A DNA stretch of 64,000 nt, taken from positions 1,217,580-1,281,579 of the forward strand of contig JALDTO010000266.1 in the NCBI GenBank assembly GCA_023515725.1, read 5' to 3'. This DNA is from Amoeboaphelidium protococcarum X5 (lineage: Eukaryota; Fungi; Aphelidiomycota). The notes beneath the pieces were generated by a model. That model made no database searches and had not been told where the DNA came from. It saw nothing but the letters and a program-made list of their open reading frames with translations. This document shows, in pieces, positions 39,807-55,396 of this stretch (its first letter is position 1; each line of letters begins with the position of its first letter). Both the position numbers and the translations under genes were made by a program.

Positions 39807-41666
39807 TCACTCCAATAATTGACGGAAACGCTCCTCAATTTCCTTCTACAGTTTGGCGTAGCGAGCCTTGATCACCTCTTCACCGTCGACTGGATCTTCA
39901 AATTTCATAGATGTCAATTTGTACATCAAATCACTCATTGACTCTCTTATACGCGACCAAGTGACCTGGCTAGATGACACCTCCACCGCATGTCCAGCTT
40001 GGTCATAAAAGTAGCAAATGTTTCTCATCATGCCAACAGTCTTGTAGAATGGACAGAATCTATCATATGAAGAGTAGCCGTTCTATTGCAGAAAATCATC
40101 CTTGATCAGCTTGGCAATGTCCAGTGTAATTTTGTCCTTCTCAGCCAGAGCACTCTTACCCACCAACTGCACAATCTCACTCAGATCCTCTTCAGTCTGC
40201 AGAATCTCCTTGCACTTGGTTCTCAGCGTGACAAATTCCGGATCAAAGCTCTCATAGAAAGGATCCAGGGCTTTCATGTATTTGGAGTAGGAGAGGGACC
40301 AGTTGACAGAGGGGAAATGCTTACGCTGAGCCAGCTTCTTATCCAGACCCCAGAACACCTGAACAATACCCAGCGTGGCAGAAGTGACAGGATCAGAAAA
40401 GTCACCACCAGGAGGACTGACAGCACCCACAATGGACACGCTACCATTCCTCTTAGGATTACCCAGACACACAACCTTGCCGGCGCGCTCGTAGAAACTG
40501 GCCAGACGGGCACCTAGATACGCGGGATAACCAGAATCTGCAGGCATCTCAGCCAGACGACCGGAAATTTCTCTCAGAGCCTCTGCCCATCTCGACGTGG
40601 AGTCGGCCATCATACTCACGTCTCTGCCCTGGTCTCTGAAATACTCAGACAATGTGATACCAGTGTAAATGGATGCTTCACGGGCAGCCACGGGCATATT
40701 GGACGTGTTCGCAACCAGACTGGTACGCTTCATAATACTCTCCTCCCTGTCTCCGATCTTAACCTTTAACTGAGGGAAATCCATCAACACCTCAGCCATC
40801 TCATTACCTCTCTCACCACATCCCACATAGATGATGATATCAGAATTGGAGTACTTGGACAGCGACTGACTAATCACAGTTTTACCACAACCGAACGCAC
40901 CGGGAATAGCACAAGTTCCTCCTTGCACACAAGGAAACAATGCATCCAAAACTCTCTACCCCGTCAACAGTGGATAGTCAGCAGACACCTTCTCACTAAC
41001 TGGGCGCGGTGTTCTGACAGGCCAAATCTGCAACATGGAATAGCTAGACTTTTCTCCATTAAACTCCACTTCCAAAATCTTGTCAGTAATAGTGTAATTA
41101 CCCTTTGGTGCAATGTATGAGACTGTACCGCGACTACGAGGTGGAAGCATGATACTGTGCTTGACCAGAGTGTTCTCGTAAACTATACCAAAGACATCAC
41201 CACCGGTGACATGATCTCCCACCTTCAGATTACTAACAGGTTCAAACTCCCATGCAACTTGCTTATCCAGCGCTGCAGTATTAACACCACGCGGAATATA
41301 AATACTCTTTGAAAGATCTTGAATGGCTTTCAATGGACGCTGAATACCATCATAAATGTTGCCGCACAATCCCGGGCCTAGTTCAACAGACAGCGGCTTT
41401 CCCGTCTTTAGAACAGGATCACCGACCGTCAGACCGGAAGTCTCTTCATAAACCTAAATGGTTGTCTTGTCTCCCTCAATACGAATAACTTCACCCACCA
41501 GCTCGTTATGACCGACACGCACAAGTTCGTACATTGCAGAGCCGGACATTCTCTCAGCAATCACCACGGGACCAGCGACTGAGTAAATGTACCCATAAGA
41601 GTTCTCCTTGTCGGCGTCCATAATCTTGGGCAAGTACTTCTTTGCATTTTCTAGCGCTCCTGCCAT
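39807..41666 (-). CDS. VMA1: V-type H+-ATPase subunit A (619 aa, no intein)
   Basis: GAFGCGKTV Walker [39 protein letters not shown]; TAG at invariant Gln sites (TIQVYEET, LTGQRVLD, FLQQNGY). Confidence 0.98.
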
Positions 41667-42094
41667 TTTATATAAGAATTAATCTAGTAAACTTTATCAA
41701 AGTTAAATTAAATGTAAAAGGCGGTTTTATTGAGCAGCTGAGTTCTAAGAAGGAAAGATGAAGGATTTTAATTTGGCGAGTAAGAGGGAACCACGAAAGC
41801 GCGCGCAATGGAAAGCTATAGCTGATGGTTAATGAATGATAGCTGGAAACAGACTTTCAACCTTTTATAGATTCACACTTTTAGATTATAGACACAACGA
41901 AAGCCTTCTTACAATATCATTATTGGGGAAATATAGTAGAAGTGATACCACACACTGTGATAATTGTAAGAAACGAAACGCGCTCTAATACAGTGAAGAA
42001 CGACGCGATGAGAAAGCCCTTCACTTCATTTTTGCTGTGCTGTGAAGAGGAGTGAAGAGAGAGAAATCACACCATTATATTCTACACAAACGTC

Positions 42095-42580
42095 ATGAGA
42101 TCTGGACTATAAAGAGATGTCCTGCGGACATATAAATAAGCTCTAAGATAAATTATCCCCTCCAAACAAGTTGTAATATTCTGATATATAGTCTAAAAGC
42201 TAAAATATAAAAATAATTAAACTTTAACGAACGTAATACTACTGTAGGAATAACAAGTTAAATTTTACGCGATGATGCGCCAAGAGATGGAGCGTAATGC
42301 TAAAATCAAGTTGAGTGAATTATTTCTTATCGAACATCATCTAAGATAATGTAAGAAGAAGATTGAATTATTATCACGACCGGATGTCAAGAATGTCTCC
42401 ATTAGCTTTGACAATTAAAGGAGTGGATCAACCAATATGATCAGTACAAGTAACACTATGAGCAGTGGTGATGATGGAGAGAACCAAGAGTCAGCGGTGT
42501 TGCGAAGGCGATTGCTGAAAATAAAATCATTCGCCGTTTCACCAGATCGCCCGACTTCTTCCCACAACGAACAAGACTGA
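42095..42580 (+). CDS. SDH6: LYR-motif protein, SDH assembly factor 1 (Sdh6/SDHAF1)-like; join(42095..42172,42248..42580)
   Basis: MRSGLQRDVLRTYKQALR...IEHHLRQCKKKIELLSRPDVKNV; the intron GTAATA...TAG (42173..42247) removes an in-frame TGA. Confidence 0.75.
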
Positions 42581-42833
42581 AGGGAATTATAAGAATACAG
42601 TACTGCAGTACATTGTATCGTATCGTATTATATTGTAGTGAGTGGTTGAGATATTGTACGAACTGTGTTTATAAAAGGATTTTGATTCCTCTGTGAAACG
42701 ATAATTATTTTGTTCACTTCTCTTGTTTGAAACAAGATCCATCTATCATCTCAGACTTATTCGTATAGAGTACTATAAGCTATTATTTACTATTGTTTCA
42801 GCTTTTGCAGCATTATATATCATCGTTATTGAA

Positions 42834-45425
<2,592 letters not shown>

Positions 45426-45549
45426 AAATTGAAATGTTGAAGATGACGAATGATGAACTGTGATGCTAAAAAGGATCCATTACTATCGATCTAGTATCAA
45501 TCACTAAAGTAGCGCGTTTTAAGCTATTATATTATACGCAATAATCATA

Positions 45550-46041
45550 TCAATGCCGCAAAACTTTCAAAATCTTCTTGGCTCTTTTATAACGCCGTTT
45601 TGCAGCTTTATCAACGGGAGTTGAATCCTCTCGATCATCTTGTTTAAATTTTGATACAATCTCAGTGGAACTCGACACCAATCTATCGCGTGCGCCACCT
45701 TACAAGCCTTGAATATATTTGCACAACATCTTGAAATCAGACTTTCGCAATTTCTCTTTGTCAAAGGTAATAGCTAGAAGATCGTGTTACCTATTCTTTT
45801 AAAATTTCCACTTCTATCTATCATCATTCCACAATCGAAGATACTCGACTGCATTCTTAATCAAATCGTCTTCATTAACCGCCGACTCATCATTCGCCTT
45901 TTTAGCCAGCCTCTATTTCTTTGAAGGCTTTCTCTTCTTCTTCTAAATCTTATTAGTGGAAGCATTATCCACAGCGTTGGATTCTTATTACACAGCCGAT
46001 ATCACCACCTTATCAGTCTCAACAACATCGGTCTTAACCAT
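45550..46041 (-). CDS. WKF-domain protein (C7orf50/YCR016W-like)
   Basis: Lys-rich N-terminus, AVEYLRLWNDDRQKWKFQKNRQHDLL, YIQGLQGGARDRL, RAKKILKVL. Confidence 0.8.
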
Positions 46042-46184
46042 TTTCGCGCGATTTTCTCAGCCTTCTCTTTAGAATGGAGAAGGAGAGAGCGAGTAAGAAC
46101 TTTACCATTTTAAATCGTTTGACAAGATAAAACTTTCTGGTCAATTAAATAGCTTGAGAATACTCAACAAAACATTTTTCTTAA

Positions 46185-47342
46185 ATGAAATTGATAAAGT
46201 AATTTCTGGAAAAAGACTAATCGGGATATGTTATTCTGTATCCTGAGGAATCGGAGGATATGTGGCATGCGTATAATCTCATTCTACCTGGAGATCAATT
46301 AAAGGCTACCACTGTCAGGCGAATATAGACTTCTACTAGTACTGGTTCTAGCGAATCTTTTAGACAGCGAATTAATCTCAGGATCACCGTGGAGACTTTA
46401 GATTATGACCCTTCGCCGCAGACTGGCGAGGCTTCAATTCGAATTAATGGCCGTGTCTGCGAAGAGAATGAGTATGTTAAAATGGGAGCGTATCACACTA
46501 TAGATCTGGAGCTTCATCGCAACTTCACTCTGTATAAGCTGGAATGGGATAGAGTGGCTCTAGATCGTGTCAAGGCTGCTTGTGATATTTCAGAGCGGGC
46601 TGAACTTGCTGCAGTTGTGATGCACGATGGCCTTGCTAACATATGTTTAGTAACCCAGAACTTGACTCTGATCAAGTAGCGCATAGAGTCGAGCATACCA
46701 AAGAAGAGGAGAGGAACATCGACTCAGCATGACAAGGGATTGAATCGATTCTTTGAGTAGATTATGTAAGGACTTCTCAGGCATATCAGATTTGATATTG
46801 TGAAGGTTATTATCATAGCGAGTCCTGGTTTTCTTAAAGATCAGTTCTGGACTTATCTATAGGCAGAGATGGCCAGGTCAGATCATTCCGCAGCGAATAG
46901 ACCTCTTATTGAGAATAAATCTAAATTCTTATTGCTCCACTCCAACTCTGGTCATAAATAGGCTTTGGGTGAGATTTTGGCAGATCCGGCGATTTAAGGG
47001 CGGTTACAAGACACAAAATATGCTCAGGAAGTTAAAATTCTTGATCAGTTCTTTACCACTTTGAGCGAAAGTCCTGATAAAGCCTTCTATGGATGGAATC
47101 ATGTGCGAAAGGCTGCGGATATTGCTGCCATCTAGTATCTGCTGATAAGTGATACACTGTTTAGAGCCGCTGATGTTCCAACGCGTAAAAAGCATATAAA
47201 GCTGGTGGAAGAAGTCGAAGGTTTTGGTGGTCAAGTATTTATATTTTCTAGTCAGCACGCGTCTGGCGAATAGTTGGATTAACTGACAGGTATCGCTGCA
47301 ATCTTAAAGTATCCCGCCCCGCAGATTGAAGATGATGACTGA
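46185..47342 (+). CDS. DOM34: Pelota/Dom34 ribosome rescue factor
   Basis: [73 protein letters not shown]. Confidence 0.95.
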
Positions 47343-47649
47343 AAAGAGTGATGATCATCATTTTATAGTACATTTAACATTGAAAATCAATCGAAATACT
47401 ACCTTGTTATCAATAGAATCGTGCCGTCTTGAGATAATTATAAGGTTTGTTAGCTTTCTTTAGCGGTACTGATTGATCTTGAATATTGAAATATTGAGAA
47501 ACTTTCAGCTATGAGCCTTCGAAAAGTATGGTACTTCACTTGATTAATTCATTATGAAATTATATAACGTCTCATCCTATACCTTCATTCTTAACATTAT
47601 TATACCGAATACTATCAGCCACACAGCATCGACACCATTTTCATATCAC

Positions 47650-48744
47650 TCAACGTCTGTATCCACCAGGAGGAGAACGAGAACGCTGCTGGGCACGCAT
47701 ACGATCAGGATGCATCTGATAGCCAGATGGAGATGGCGAACGTCTTGAAGCGCTACCACTGCCGGATGGCGGAGGAGGAGCATCATAACGAGGCGCACCG
47801 CGCGGACTCAATGGTGGTGGTGGAGAACGTCTTCTTGATGGAGGTGGTAATGGCATTCCATAACCAGGGCCAGGAGGTCCGCGACGAGGTGGTGGCGGCA
47901 TATCATAGTAATCACGCATATGCGGCGGTGGAGGTGGAGGGCCAGGATATCTATCATCACGCCTACCGTACATAGGACGATCATAAGGTGGAAGGTCACG
48001 CATATGAGGCGGTGGCGGCGGATATCCACGGTCATCGTGACGACCACCTCTAGGAGGTCCATCAAATCGTGGAGGAGGTGGACCATAACGATCAAACGAA
48101 CGCGGTGGAGGAGGACCATACCTATCGAATGAACCGTAAGATGGAGGCGGCGGCGGGGGAAGATCTCTTTTCTTTGGACCACCAGCACCTGAGCCACTGT
48201 AATCATCACGACGAGGCCCCATATACTAACCAGGAGTAGGATCATGCGGCTTCTTGGTAACGGAGAAATCGACGCGAATACGCCTTTCATCCACAATGGA
48301 ATCAGTGGTGGCCTTTCGCGCCTCGTCTGCATCCTCAACCTTCTCAAAGTTTATAAAAGCAAAGCCACGGGAGACATTGGTCCTCTTATCCATCACCACG
48401 GTCAGCTTCTCAATGGGCCCAAATTTGCCAAATATATCTCGCAGGTCAGCCTCAGAAGTGCGCAAACTAAGACCAAAGACACCCAACACATTGGTCGGCT
48501 CAGGATTCTCTCTGAAGCGCCCACTTCCACCGGATGGACGCAAATCTCTACCACCAGAAGAAGCGTTGGCTGGTGGCGGAGACTGTGGCTAGTCCATGGC
48601 CAGCTTGCGATCATGATCCATGTCATCCTTGTTGGTAGCAGCATCATCACCACCGGATGCGCCCCAACCACCCTTAATAGGTGCACTCTCAGAATCAGGC
48701 ACTCCCCAAGCATCGCGCTCTGGAGATTTAGCAGTAGTCATCAT
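47650..48744 (-). CDS. TRA2: Transformer-2-like RRM splicing regulator with Pro/Arg-rich C-terminus
   Basis: [53 protein letters not shown]. Confidence 0.88.
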
Positions 48745-49008
48745 ACTAAGAAAATTTTCTTTTATTGATGAGTGTTAATAAAAATACTAATCCGCTACGA
48801 AGAGACGCGACTTTACAAAGCGACAAAGAATACGTCTTTTCCCCTTGCTCAATCACGACGCTCTCTCTGTTCCTTTATCTCTTTATGAAGCGCCCTTTGA
48901 ACCGCCCCTAGTCATTCAACACTTTCCAGCGAGCTGAGAGTAAAACGCGATAATTCTATTCAGTAATAATCTTTTTAATAAAAACTCAGGTGATTGTTGT
49001 GATTAAAG

Positions 49009-49716
49009 ATGGACATGTAAAATAGAGTTGGTGTCAAATTTGGTGGCGGTGGAGTTGCCACTGCTAGCGAATAGAATTTGAGTCGGCGCGAGAGGTAAAG
49101 ATAATTGGCACTGGAGACTGTAGATCTATCAAAAGATCCGTACATTTTAAAGAATCATTTGGGTACGTTTGAATGTAAACTGTGTCTAACACTCCACGTC
49201 AACGAAGGGTCATATCTGGCGCATACTCAGGGAAAGAAACATAAGGCCAACTTGGCTAGGCGTGCGGCTAAAGAGGCGAAATAGCTTGGTCCCGGAGCAC
49301 AGAGTCTTGATACTCTTGTCGCTGCTTCTGGTGGTGGTAAAGGTGATGAGCCGGCCGCGGATAAAAAGGCTAAAATGTAGAGAACTGTCGCTAGAGTTGG
49401 GCGACCTGGTTATAAGATTTAGAAAATTAGAGATCCTTAATCAGGAGCTTATGGCTTTTTATTTTAGATACACGTTCCGCTAATTATGGCTGATGTACAT
49501 CCCATGTACCGATTCATGAGTGCTTATGAGCAGAAAGTTGATACGCCAGATAACGCGTGGTAGTACTTGGTAATCGCTGCTGATCCATATGAGAACATAG
49601 CATTTAAGATACCTAATACACCCGTAGATGTCAACTCTGATCTCCTTTTTGATCACTATGATGTAGACACTCACGTATATACAGTTTAAATCATGTTTGC
49701 CTAGCCTAAAGCGTGA
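49009..49716 (+). CDS. SF3A2: Splicing factor SF3a subunit 2 (Prp11/Sap62)
   Basis: MDMQNRVGVKFGGGGVA, LALETVDLSKDPY, ECKLCLTLHVNEGSYLAHTQGKKH, VGRPGYKI, RFMSAYEQKV, PYENIAFKIP. Confidence 0.95.
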
Positions 49717-49821
49717 TAGGATTGTTGTTGGTAATTACTAAATATTATGATTGAATTGTGTCATATGTACTTAATTAACTCTATTGTATAGTATTCTATC
49801 TTGTTCAAAACTATCTGATCA

Positions 49822-50919
49822 TCATATTATGGCATTGTCAGTCTTCCTTTTACCTTTTGCTTATGAAGAATCTGGCTTTATATTTTCTATCAATACCTGT
49901 AATCTTCCAAGAGATATATAGATGGCAACCCATAGCAAGTAATAGCACATCAGCATAGAAGTTGCCGCATACACTGAAAGAAATAACGCCAACACCAGCA
50001 AAGCTTCCAGTCGATACCATGACGCGTATATAACACATTAGAGCGTGTAAAAGTCAAAGAACTAAATATACCACACAGGTAAACCTACAGGTTAATACTT
50101 GGAGATATCTACTTTAGCGAACAGGTGACATACAGTACCTGTAAGTAGTATGAATACGCCAATAATTGTAGAAATCAGAAAGCCGTTAAAATATCCAACC
50201 TAATCTTGACTATGATTATTATTTCCCTTCAGAGGTATAATCAGATTAAAAACTTCGAGCCTACTAAGTATGTATAGTAGGAACATACTTGCACATAAAG
50301 TCAATAGAATATCAATTGATATATGTCGAATAGCTTTACCAAATTAGACTCGTCTTAGAGTATAGTTATGGCCACAATAATCGCAGTGATAAGGAACTTT
50401 TAATTGACGCAATTGCTATTTCTAACTCTTATATTCGTTGCCAGTAGGTATTCCATCATTAGAAGCAGCTGCGTAGAGACATCGTCGATGAACAAATCTA
50501 TCATTGCTCTCACAATAGCACGGCGATACAAATGCATCATAAGCTGTAACAGACGCGACCAAGGGCTGTGAACAAATCTTGCAGCATGGCATATGATTCA
50601 AAAATGCAGCATTAGATGTAATAATCTCATCGCTCATCATCACTGCAGTATGCATAACTTTGCTCTTAGTCTTGAAACTGCCACTTTTATTAGTCTGTGT
50701 CTTCTTTTTTAGGTAGGGACTGTTTTCCTTTACAATTGTAGGTGGTATTTACTATTCAGTCGCTGTCACACTCACAGAGTTTTATCCATTCTGTAAACGT
50801 ATCGAAGCCACCACAGACTCTGTGAGGACATCATTCTCAGACAATACGGCAGTGTCGGCAATATCAGCTTCAACCTCAATCGAATCTTGTGAGTCTTGAA
50901 CGTAATCAGATTGTTTCAT
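49822..50919 (-). CDS. RING-CH (MARCH-type) membrane E3 ubiquitin ligase-like protein
   Basis: CKIC...FVSPCYC...FVHRRCL...(insertion)...CDYCGHNY followed by several hydrophobic segments. Confidence 0.75.
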
Positions 50920-51769
50920 AATGGTAGCCACTGTTTCTGAGTGTAAAGTATTGGGTAGATAACTGAGACAAACTGACTTATAGAGAGGAAAGGAGTTGAT
51001 AATTGCACTTGTAATAAATATGCTTGGAAATTAACAGAATGAAAACACTTGTGTACAGGGTACGAGTAATGACCAATATTCTGGAAGAGTATTTAAATTG
51101 TACATCAATCACCATCGTGATGACACGATAATCTATTTTTAGATCACGGAATGTTCTAACAATGGATAAAAATTGCTATGTGATATAATAGAGAGCAAGA
51201 TATATAAAGACTGTTATACAATTGAAGGCCTTGAAACATTGATAGATTGATGGTATGTAGAAAGTGGAATTAACGGTGCAAAGTAGCCGCCAACAAGGTC
51301 GCCTGTTCTTCAAAGCAAGCCTGCGCTCGAATTTGGGTTGAGAAAAAAAATGGTTAAACGACAAAGCTTTACAAAGAGACGTCGCCTCATCGCACTCTTT
51401 TCATTCTTCAACAAACGCTTAAACACTTCCGTATTGTTGTAATTATAAATTACGCGTCTTATTAGCCTTATTACATCTAATGACGCTTACCTAAATGCGT
51501 GAAGGAGATTGACGCAAACGATTGGGTGTCAGGATACGGTTAACTCATTACCTATGCTGACAAAATCTTTGCTACATATTCACTTTGTATTTCTACCTAG
51601 TACATTTTAATTGTTTTTCTACTGGCGCGAAAAGATCATTTTTCTTCAATGACGATGTCTACATGTCGTCCATCTTCATGTATAAATTCATATTGTGTGT
51701 AAAAACGAAATAGTACATCAAACCAGATTGAAGAATCAAAGTATATATATTTTCATCTTTCGTCAAATA

Positions 51770-52133
51770 TCAGAACTTTGGGTCAACTTCGTTTATCTCA
51801 CGCACTGGGTGTCTTCCGGCAGCCTTTTGCTCATCCCAACTCTCCACCTACATGCATGAGTAATATCAATAAATATTAGCACCTTGCATCTAATGAATAC
51901 ACAATAAGAGATAATATACTTACCCAGAATGGAGGACAAATCTCTGAGAATACATACTTGAATTCTTGGCAAATTGGATTCTCTTCGCCATTCACTTTAG
52001 CACACTTCCAATAGTCCACGTAGTTGATAAAGCATCTCTTGGCCTGGTTAGTGGAAGGGAAACGAGGATCATATGGTGCAGTCTAGAACTTCTTCTTGTT
52101 CTCTTCGCGCTCTTCTTAATTCCAAAAGTGCAT
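51770..52133 (-). CDS. COX12: Cytochrome c oxidase subunit 6B; complement(join(51770..51847,51924..52133))
   Basis: TAPYDPRFPSTNQAKRCFINYVDYWKC...C...ICPPFW/VESWDEQ; GTAAGT...TAG intron 51848..51923. Confidence 0.93.
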
Positions 52134-52327
52134 TTTAATAAATTTTATATTATATTAATATTAAAACGATAAATGTCCGTTATTTAAAGGATACGTATTA
52201 CAGTACTTTGAGCAAGAACGTTCGCCTTGAGGATTTTGAAAAGGAAAAAGAGACGAGCCAGTCGTATACGCACGAAAAGCTAAAAGTCTGAATATACCCA
52301 TATTTTACGCAGAGTATTGACTACGAT

Positions 52328-52753
52328 ATGGAAGATTAGAGTCTAAAAACCAAACTTGACGCGCTTGCCTTCGATACAGCCTATGATATAATGGTGGCAG
52401 AATCTGTGTTCGAAATGACGCCTGCCCAACGATAATTGCCACAGTCCAACGAGGCTTCCTATTCAAAATATTACATTCGTGATTGTTATGATGAGTATTA
52501 TGATTATCTTATTCAGTCTTTGGACAAGAAAAAATTCATCACTACTGTTACTGGAACTCCTGGCATTGGAATGTCTGTATTCTATGCTCATTTCTACTAA
52601 AAGTATCGCGAATCCAATCCTGATAAGTAAATAGTGACAGCTTCTTTTGATGAATCAAGATATTTGTTACGACTTTTAATTTATCCACCGATCTTGGGAG
52701 TGAGAATGTGCTGTAGCAAACAAAGCTAATATCCTAATTTCATGAGCCTATGA
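52328..52753 (+). pseudogene. Truncated CRN-type P-loop NTPase fragment
   Basis: YYIRDCYDEYY...TVTGTPGIGMSVFY resembles FVRKCYED...ISGTPGIGKSLFF of the CRN at 18-19.8 kb; Walker A Lys replaced by Met; in-frame TGA upstream (52289) and no downstream nuclease domain. Confidence 0.7.
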
Positions 52754-52929
52754 GAGTGCAGTTATCAAATGAGTATTATTAGAATTAGATGTTGCATGCT
52801 GATTTTTTCGTTTCTGCTTGGACTCTAGCTGAAATGCTACATGCTGTAACTAGTATATTCTCATCTGTTGTGGAAAAAAAACTAAAAATTCCGTCAATGT
52901 ATAGTACGATTTATATTGAACTTAGTCTT

Positions 52930-55041
52930 TCAATTTTTGCACTTGGCAGGGTGAGAGAAGTCTTCTCTGCCACCAGGACGAGCTTTCATACCAAGTCCAC
53001 GCTTGGCGAATCCACGCCAGATGGCGCAAGCTGCTTTTCCATCATAATTGACTTGATCTGCCTGTAGTAAAGCATCTCTGGCATCCACGAAAGATGGACG
53101 ACATGGCTGCAATTTCATAGAGTCAATCAACAGCTGAAGGGCCATCACATTGCCAGCAGGATGATCAGTTTTACGCGTCTTATCAGTAGACAGTGGATCA
53201 TACAGATCATTGCTGAATCCAAATTCCTCCACCAGATTCCAGTACATTTCATTGAGCATTGCTGCAAACACTTCACCCTTCGCGTGAACTCCAATGTAAG
53301 CAAACTTACGAGTATAAGCATAGGTGGACGGATTAGTGGTCATGTTGGTGGAGTACACAAATTTTCGGATACCCTTTGGACGATTAGAAGCGTATGCACC
53401 CATCGGGAAATCCATGGTTCGATTATAGTGTTCGCGTTGACGCAAAATCAAAGACATGAAATCACCATAACCTTCACCCATACCACCAGCTTCTCCCCAG
53501 CCCAGGCAGCCTGAGTTTGAAGGACCACCAGTCAGACGAGTCGAGATACCGTGAGTGTACTCATGAATAATGATGGCGTTATCAAAATCACCATCACGAT
53601 AAGGCTTTGCAGTGTTCCAGACGTACATCCTCATTTTAGGAGTCTATCCATCGGGCGGAGTAGCAAAGTTGGCATTGTTCATACCAGCACCGTCTTGTGC
53701 ATTGGCCATCACAGCATCACCATCCTGACCGCCACGACCAAAATTATTCTGCTGGAAATTTCCACTCTACTCATCAAAGCCATAGACATAAGGCAAGTCG
53801 TGCATCACATTGTTCATGTAGAACAAGTTGATAATCGCAGCATCGAGATAAGTCTTAGGACTCTTCTTGAGATCAACTTTGGATCTGAAATCGAGATCTT
53901 GACCGCCATCTGGACGATAGTTGTTAATCTCCCCAGAAGTCTTACCATCAAGATTTTCTTGAGCATACACATTGTTACCAGCGGTGGTTGTGAACCTGTC
54001 AGATTCATCTTCACCTTGAGCGTGCCAGCCAAGAGGACTAGCGTCAGATGCCAATTTTGCAGGATCCTTCAACACGACACGCTCACCATCATGCGGATCG
54101 TTCACTCCAACTGGGTACACCTCATAGGTAGCATCGCTGACCCAATCAACTAAAGCTATGACTTTGCCATCCTCTGCATTAACGTGTGCATGATACCAAT
54201 TCTCTTCCATCTCGACCTGGATGTCATAAACGAGCACAAGACTGTCTTTACCGTCATCCGATTGGACGCGCAGATACTTGTTCTTAATAGGGATTCCATT
54301 CTTCAGAGTAAAGTTAAAACCCAGTACAACCTGCTCAGGCTCTCCATTCAGCGAGTTGACAGTCTTCACAAGCTGCTGATGCTCAGGAGGCACAGGCAAG
54401 CTCAAGAAATTGGCAAGAGACGAAACAGCTTTTGTCGCAGAGATTTTAGGCTCAGAAGAGATGTAAAACTCTTCAGCGGCAGCGACATAATCATTGCCGC
54501 CATCATTCTGTAAGACAAAGCCAGGTGAAGATTTCACACCCTTACCACCTCTGTAAGTGCTCTCACCGAAACTGACAACGCGTCCTTGGCGATCAATGTT
54601 AATGTTCACATCACCATTCTCCACAGCCAGGCCATTCACCATCTGCTTAAGATAGATATGCGTGACTCCATTATGTTTAGTAGTGTACTGATCCTTCACC
54701 ACGTAGTCAGATTCAGCCTACAATCCCAACTGACTTTCCACAAAGCGCTGAGCAATAGTAAGAGGTGCATCAGACGAAGCCTGCGTCAAGTATGCAAATT
54801 CTTCTTCCACATCAGCCACCTGATCCATTCCAATCGCGGCATTCGGCCTAGGCTTTCCCGACCATTTCCACGCATCAAACACGCTATTCTTCAGCAAATC
54901 CAAGCCCTTGTGAATGCCATGCACGAATCTCTGCGAAATCTGCGGCGCAAATGACTCTTTGCGGATACGATGCGCGTCAACAGATTGAGATTATAGCGCG
55001 AGGGCTACAAGCACAAATGATGCAGTTACGGATAGTTTCAT
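52930..55041 (-). CDS. Secreted fungalysin metalloprotease (M36) with FTP propeptide
   Basis: Signal peptide [16 protein letters not shown]; [10 protein letters not shown] (FTP); [57 protein letters not shown]. Confidence 0.95.
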
Positions 55042-55396
55042 TTTTTTGAACCAGTAATAATAAAAGATATATTAAAATCTGGTTTAATATTGAGCTGAAT
55101 TAAAAGAAGGAAATTTCTAATTAAAATGATGTGATCTTCTGATGAAAAAATAACCTTAATCTGATTTGATCACTTGATTGGACGCAAAGGGGAGGTTAAA
55201 TATAGATTTCGCCTCCTGTGATCTTTAGTCACGTTAAGTTGGAGGCATTCAAGAGTAAAGTTCAACTGGTAAATATCGTTCAACTCAATACAACTGATTT
55301 TATTGGAAAACAATTTAACACCAACAGCAATGACAAAAATCTTTAATGTCCATATAAAATCTTTTCATTACTTGACCCCTCATGACATACAATCTC

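Noticed and set aside
40880-40910. VMA1 intein at the GCGKT site
   Set aside because: GAFGCGKTV is uninterrupted and the protein is 619 aa.
47554-48768. Multiple overlapping ORFs in the supplied track (also those antisense to PRP8, VMA1 and M36)
   Set aside because: Shadow frames of real genes on the opposite strand or in alternative frames; no independent coding signal.
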